Source: a bacterium (GTDB lineage: Bacteria; UBA9089; CG2-30-40-21). Taken from it: a DNA stretch of 33,347 nt. The DNA lies in the NCBI GenBank assembly GCA_030018795.1, contig JASEHA010000002.1, positions 1 through 33,347 of the forward strand, read 5' to 3'. This document shows, piece after piece, positions 24,601 to 30,600 of this stretch; within the stretch, counting starts at the first letter, position 1; each line of letters begins with the position of its first letter. The notes beneath the pieces are model-generated. The model had not been told where the DNA came from, did not search any database, and was given only the letters and a program-made list of their open reading frames with translations. The translations under genes were made by a program, and so were the position numbers.

Positions 24601-27600
24601 GACCTGCAGGATTATGGAACAACTACTGTGAGTGCGTCAGGTAATGTTTCTGGAACAGCAACAAATACATTCTTTATCAAACCAAATATCTATGCTGTTG
24701 AACCTACAGAGGGGACAATAGGCACAATAGTAATGATTACTGGCAGCGGGTATGAAACAAGTGATACTGTTACCATAGCCTTTGGGGCAACACCAGTAAT
24801 TCAGCAGGCAGCAGCAGATAATAATGGTTGGTTCTCAAGCGTATTTACGGTTGATACACAGAGTTATGGGACAATGGTTATTCGTGCTACTGGTGCATTG
24901 TCAGAGTCAGCAGTGAATAGCTTTAAGATTAAGCCGCAGGTTTATTCAGTGCTGCCAACAGAGGGAACAGTAGGGACAGTGGTCAGTATCAAGGGTAATG
25001 GTTATGCAGTTATTGATGTTGTTACTGTTGCCTTTGGGACAAATAGCAATATCAAGAAGGCAAATGCCAATAGCTGCGGTATTTTTGAGACAAGCTTTAC
25101 TGTTGATACTCAGGTGTATGGAGTAACAAACATTATTGCTGCTGGCACGTCATCAGAATCAGCTGCAAACAGCTTCTTTATCCATGCCAATGTCTATCGG
25201 GTAAGCCCTGTCAAGGGTACGGTAGGCAGTCAGGTTGAGGTTAGAGGTACAGGTTATGTATCTGGTGATACAATCAGGGTTGATCTTGGCAAGACATGGA
25301 ATATTCAATCGAGTACAGCAGATAGTGCTGGCAGGTTCCAGACCAGCCTTGTGGTTGATGTTCAAGCCTATGGTTCAACAACAGTCAGGGCAACAGGTGT
25401 ATCCTCAGAGTCAGCAGTAAACAGCTTTACCATTATGCCGGATATTTATCAGGTAATACCAACTACTGGAAGTGTGGGTACAAAGGTAACCATAAAAGGT
25501 AATGGGTATGCAGTCTCAGACTTTGTAGCCGTTGCCTTTGGGAATAATTCAAACATTGCAGCTGTGACAGCAGACAGGAATGGCTCTGTTCAGGCAGTAT
25601 TTACAGTTGATACTCAAGGTTTCGGGCAAAAGGTTATAATAGCATGCGGGGCATCCTCAGATGAGGCAGTTAATAGCTTCTTCATCAAGTCTCAGCTTTA
25701 TTCTGTATCGCCATCAAGGGGTACAATTGGTCAGACTATTGAACTGAAGGGTACTGGTTATGGAATGATGGATACAGTCATGATAACCTATGTTGGCAGC
25801 ACAGAAACAACAACAGCTGATGCTAATGGATACCTTACTGCAACATTTGTGGTAGCAAGTCAAGTGTTTGGGACAAAGACAGTAACTGCTCTTGGTCAGG
25901 TAGCAGGCTCAACCGAGAATGTGTTCAGTGTAATACCATCTGTCTACTCAGTAATACCAACAAGGGGTGGTGTTGGCAGCGTGGTCACTGTCAGTGGCTC
26001 TGGTTATGCGGCAAATGACCATATCACCATTGGTTTTGGGACAAATAATAATATTGCCAGTATTCTCTCAGATAATACTGGCAATTTTGAAACAACCTTT
26101 GCTGTTGATACCCAGCCTGTGGGCATAACAACGATTATTGCCTCAGGGTTGCAGTCATCTTCAGCATATAACTATTTTGCCATTGTTGGCGGTATTATCC
26201 TTCAGCCGGCAAGGGGCACGGTTGGATGTGTGGTCGGGATTTCAGGGACAGGGTTTACCGCAAACAGTAATGTAAGGATTGACTTTGGTCTGACAAAGAC
26301 CATTGCCCTGATATTGACAAATGCAAGTGGAGCATTCTCAGGGGCATTTACGGTTGATACTCAAGCGTATGGGACATGTGCGGTTTCAGCCAGTGGCGGT
26401 GCCTATGCAGCACTTGAGTTTGTTATCTTGCCGCAAGTGTTTAGTGTCAGCCCAACTGAGGGCAGTGTGGGAACGATTGTAAATATTAAGGGTAATGGTT
26501 ATAAAGGACTGGAGGCTATTGAGATAGACTTTGGGACAACAAGGTTTACAACTAATGCTGGAATATCTGGTGACTTTAGTGTTGTATTTACGGTTGATAC
26601 TCAAGTCTATGGACGGAAGACGATTATAGCTATAGGTGCAGCAGCAGGTTCAGCGGCAAATAGCTTCTTTATTCGTGCAGCAATTTATAACCTGACACCA
26701 ACAACAGGGACAATTGGGACAATGGTTACGGTTGGTGGGACAGGTTATGCTATAAATGATGCCCTTACCATATTATTTGGTACGAACAATAGCATTAAGA
26801 CAGGTGCGGCGGGGGTGAATGGCTCGTTTGAGACAACATTTATAGTTGATACACAACCATATGGAACAGCTACCATTACAGTAGCAGGTGCTTCTTCTGA
26901 GACAGCCTTGAGACGGTTCTTTGTGAGTCCACAGGTGTTTTCAGTTGTACCTTCAGCAGGTACGGTTGGATGTCAGGTTATGGTTAGCGGTACTGGCTAT
27001 GCCGCAAGTGAGGCAATTACCATAGGCTTTGGGACAACCAATAATATTCAGACAACAGTAACAGATATTCGTGGTTACTTTACAACAATATTCACAGCAA
27101 ACACCCAAAAATATGGGACAATAGCGGTTAAGGCAACTGGTGTACAGTCTGCTTCGGCTGAGAATACATTCTTTATCCAGAAGAATATCTACTATGTCAG
27201 TCCATCAACAGGCACAGTAGGACAGCAGGTTGAGATTCGCGGGACAGGATACAGCAACTTTGATAATATCAGGGTAGACTTTGGCAGCACATTAACTATT
27301 TGTACTGCTGTGGCAAATACAAATGGCTGGTTCAAGACATTCTTTACGGTTGATACTCAAGGTTTTGGCTCAACTACAATCATGGTTGCTGGTGTTGCCA
27401 TGGATAAGGCAGAAGCAGTATTTTCTATTATGGCTGATATGCCTGCTGTTCAGCCAACTACTGGTAGTGTTGGTACTGTGGTAACTATTAAGGGAACAGG
27501 CTACTTGGGCTCTTCAGATATAATTATAGACTTTGGTGATATGGAAAATATCGTTCTTACTCAAACAGATGCAAGAGGTTATTTTGTGGCTGCATTTACA

Positions 27601-30600
27601 GTTAATACTCAAGGTTATGGCACAAAGACCATAGCTGCTTATGATACTATAGACAATCGGGTTGAGAGAACATTCCTTATCCTGCCGAGTGTATATCTGG
27701 TGACGCCAGCTATTGGTACGGTTGGTCAGACAATAACAGTTAAGGGTGCAGGATTTGCAAAATATGACAATCTGACAATTGATATGGGAGACAGGCAAGG
27801 TATTACCAGCATTGTTACAGATCCACGCGGTGTGTTTGAGACAAGCTTTGTGGTTGATACTCAAGTGGTTGGTAAGAAGATGGTTGTTGTCAGTGGTACT
27901 ATGTCTACACAGGCAACAAGCAGCTTTACCATTACTGGTGGGATTATTATTTCACCATCCATTGGAACAATAGGGAAGGTGGTAGAGGTAAAGGGTAGTG
28001 GATTTGGCGGAGAGGATGTCATTAGTGTCAGTTTTGGGACAACAAGTCATGTGGCTACAGTAGTCAGTAGCAATCGTGGTACCTTTAGTACAATGTTTGC
28101 TATGGATGGACAGGTTTATGGGACAACAACCATTTCAGCTACAGGTAAGAGCTATGCTGAAGGCTATATCTTTGTCAAGCCAAACTTCCATCTGGTAATA
28201 CCAACAATAGGCTCAGTGGGGACAGTGGTCAGGATTGCGGGTACAGGTTATGCAGCATCTGATCTGGTGACCATAGCCTTTGGCAATACCATAGTGATTG
28301 GGACAACAATGGCTTCAGTGAGCGGATACTTTGAGACAACCTTTACGGTTGATACCCAGAAGTATGGCTCAACATATATCAGGGCAACAGGTGCAGCATC
28401 AGATGCAGCCTTGAATACATTCTTTGTTAATCCTGATCTTTACCTTGTATCACCAAATAAGGGACCGATTGGAACCGTGGTTGAGATACGTGGTACAGGC
28501 TATGATGCCATTGATACTGTGAATGTAACATTTGGCAGCACACAGAACATAATTACAGGCGTTGCCTCTGGTAATGGTGCATTTAGTGTTACATTTGGTG
28601 TGAATACGCAACCCTATGGGACAACAACCATTATAGCTGCTGGTACAAGGTCTGCTTCAGCTAATAATGCCTTTACCATTATGCCATCTATCTACTCTAT
28701 CCTTCCAAAGTCAGGTACAGTTGGAACAGTGGTTGAGGTAAAGGGGATTGGGTATGGTGTTAATGATGATATTATCATTGGATTTGGTGCAAGCGGTGCA
28801 TTGGCAGAAGGTGATGCTAATGCTAATGGTATCTTTGTTATTCATTTTACAACAGATACTCAAGCCTTTGGAACAACCACGATTATTGCGGTTGGCGTAA
28901 ATTCTACTCTTTGTGCCGGGACATTCTTTATCTATCCAAACCTCTATTCTGTCAGTCCAAATGCAGGAACAATTGGAAGGATGGTTGAGGTCAAGGGATC
29001 AGGGTATGCATCTGGTGAGGCTGTTGCAGTCAGGTTTGGGACAAATATGTTTTTCCAGAACATAACAGCTGATACAAGGGGTTATGTTGAGACCGTGTTT
29101 AATGTAAATACTCAGGTTTATGGAACTACCACGGTGAAGCTTACCGGAGTAATTGCCGGGAGTGCTACCAATACATTCCGTATCATGCCAAATATCTATG
29201 CTATAACACCAACTAAGGGTACGGTTGGAGCTACTGTTGAAATAAAGGGTGCAGGGTATGCGGCTACAGAAACAATCAGGATTGACTTTGGGAATGCTGT
29301 TAGTATTAAGACAACAATAGCCGATAATCTTGGTTGTGTAAATACGAGCTTTACGGTAAATGTTCAGCCATATGGTCAAAAGGTTGTTAGATTAACAGGG
29401 AGTTTATCTACGGTAGTTGAAGATACATTTACTATTATTCCAGCCATATACTCAGTAACACCAGTTTCAGGCTCTGTGGGTACAGTGGTTGAGGTAAAGG
29501 GTTCAGGCTATGCGGCAACAGATTCTATCACGATAGATTTTGGCAATAATGGCCGTATTCAGACAGCTATAGCAAATGGCAATGGTTACTTTACAGCCTC
29601 ATTTACAGTAGATACACAAGGGTATGGGACAACAACCATTACGGCAAGTGGTGCATCCTCATCATCAGCCATAAATACATTTATGATTGTTGGTGGGATC
29701 ATGGTTACACCGACTTCTGGTACAGTGGGTACCAATGTTTATGTTGAAGGGACAGGGTTTGATGTAAATGAGCCAGTGAATATTGATTTTGGCACAACAC
29801 CTGCTGTTGTTACCCTGAATACAGACAATCGTGGTGTATTTACCGGGTACTTTACCATTAATACACAGGCCTATGGTCAGGTAGTGGTAAAGGCAGTTAA
29901 TTCTACGACAGCTCAAACCAGCTTCTTTATCATGCCAACTCTGTATATGGTAACACCATCCTTTGGTACGGTCGGAACAGTGGTCACGATTAATGGTAAT
30001 GGTTATGATGATACAGAGGCAGTAACGGTCAGGTTTGGTGCAACTACATTACCTGTGGTGAATAGTGATAATATTGGCTGCTTTGAGGCAAGGTTTACAG
30101 TAAATACGCAAAGCTATGGGACAACAACGATTCGGGCAACAGGTGCTGGATCTGCTGAGGCAAGGAATGTATTCTTTATCAAACCAATGATATATTCTGT
30201 AAACCCAGTAACAGGTACGGTTGGTACTGTGGTTGAAATAGTTGGTGTTGGTTATAATAAGATGGATGCGGTGAGCATTGACTTTGGGACAACAGCAGCA
30301 ATAAAGCAGACAACAGCTGATATAAGCGGATACTTTAAGACAACATTTACTGTAGATACACAATCGCTTGGGACAACAACCATCAAGGCAACAGGCAGCC
30401 TTTCTGAGGCAGCATATGGAGTATTTGGTATTCGTCCATCCCTGTATTTAGTAAGTCCAACAACTGGTACGGTTGGAATGATGATTGATATTTATGGTCG
30501 TGGGTATGCTCAGGGTGAAGGGATTACCATTGACTTTGGCAACAATAAGGCTATCAAGACAACCATTACAGATGAAAAGGGATACTTTGCTACCTCCTTT

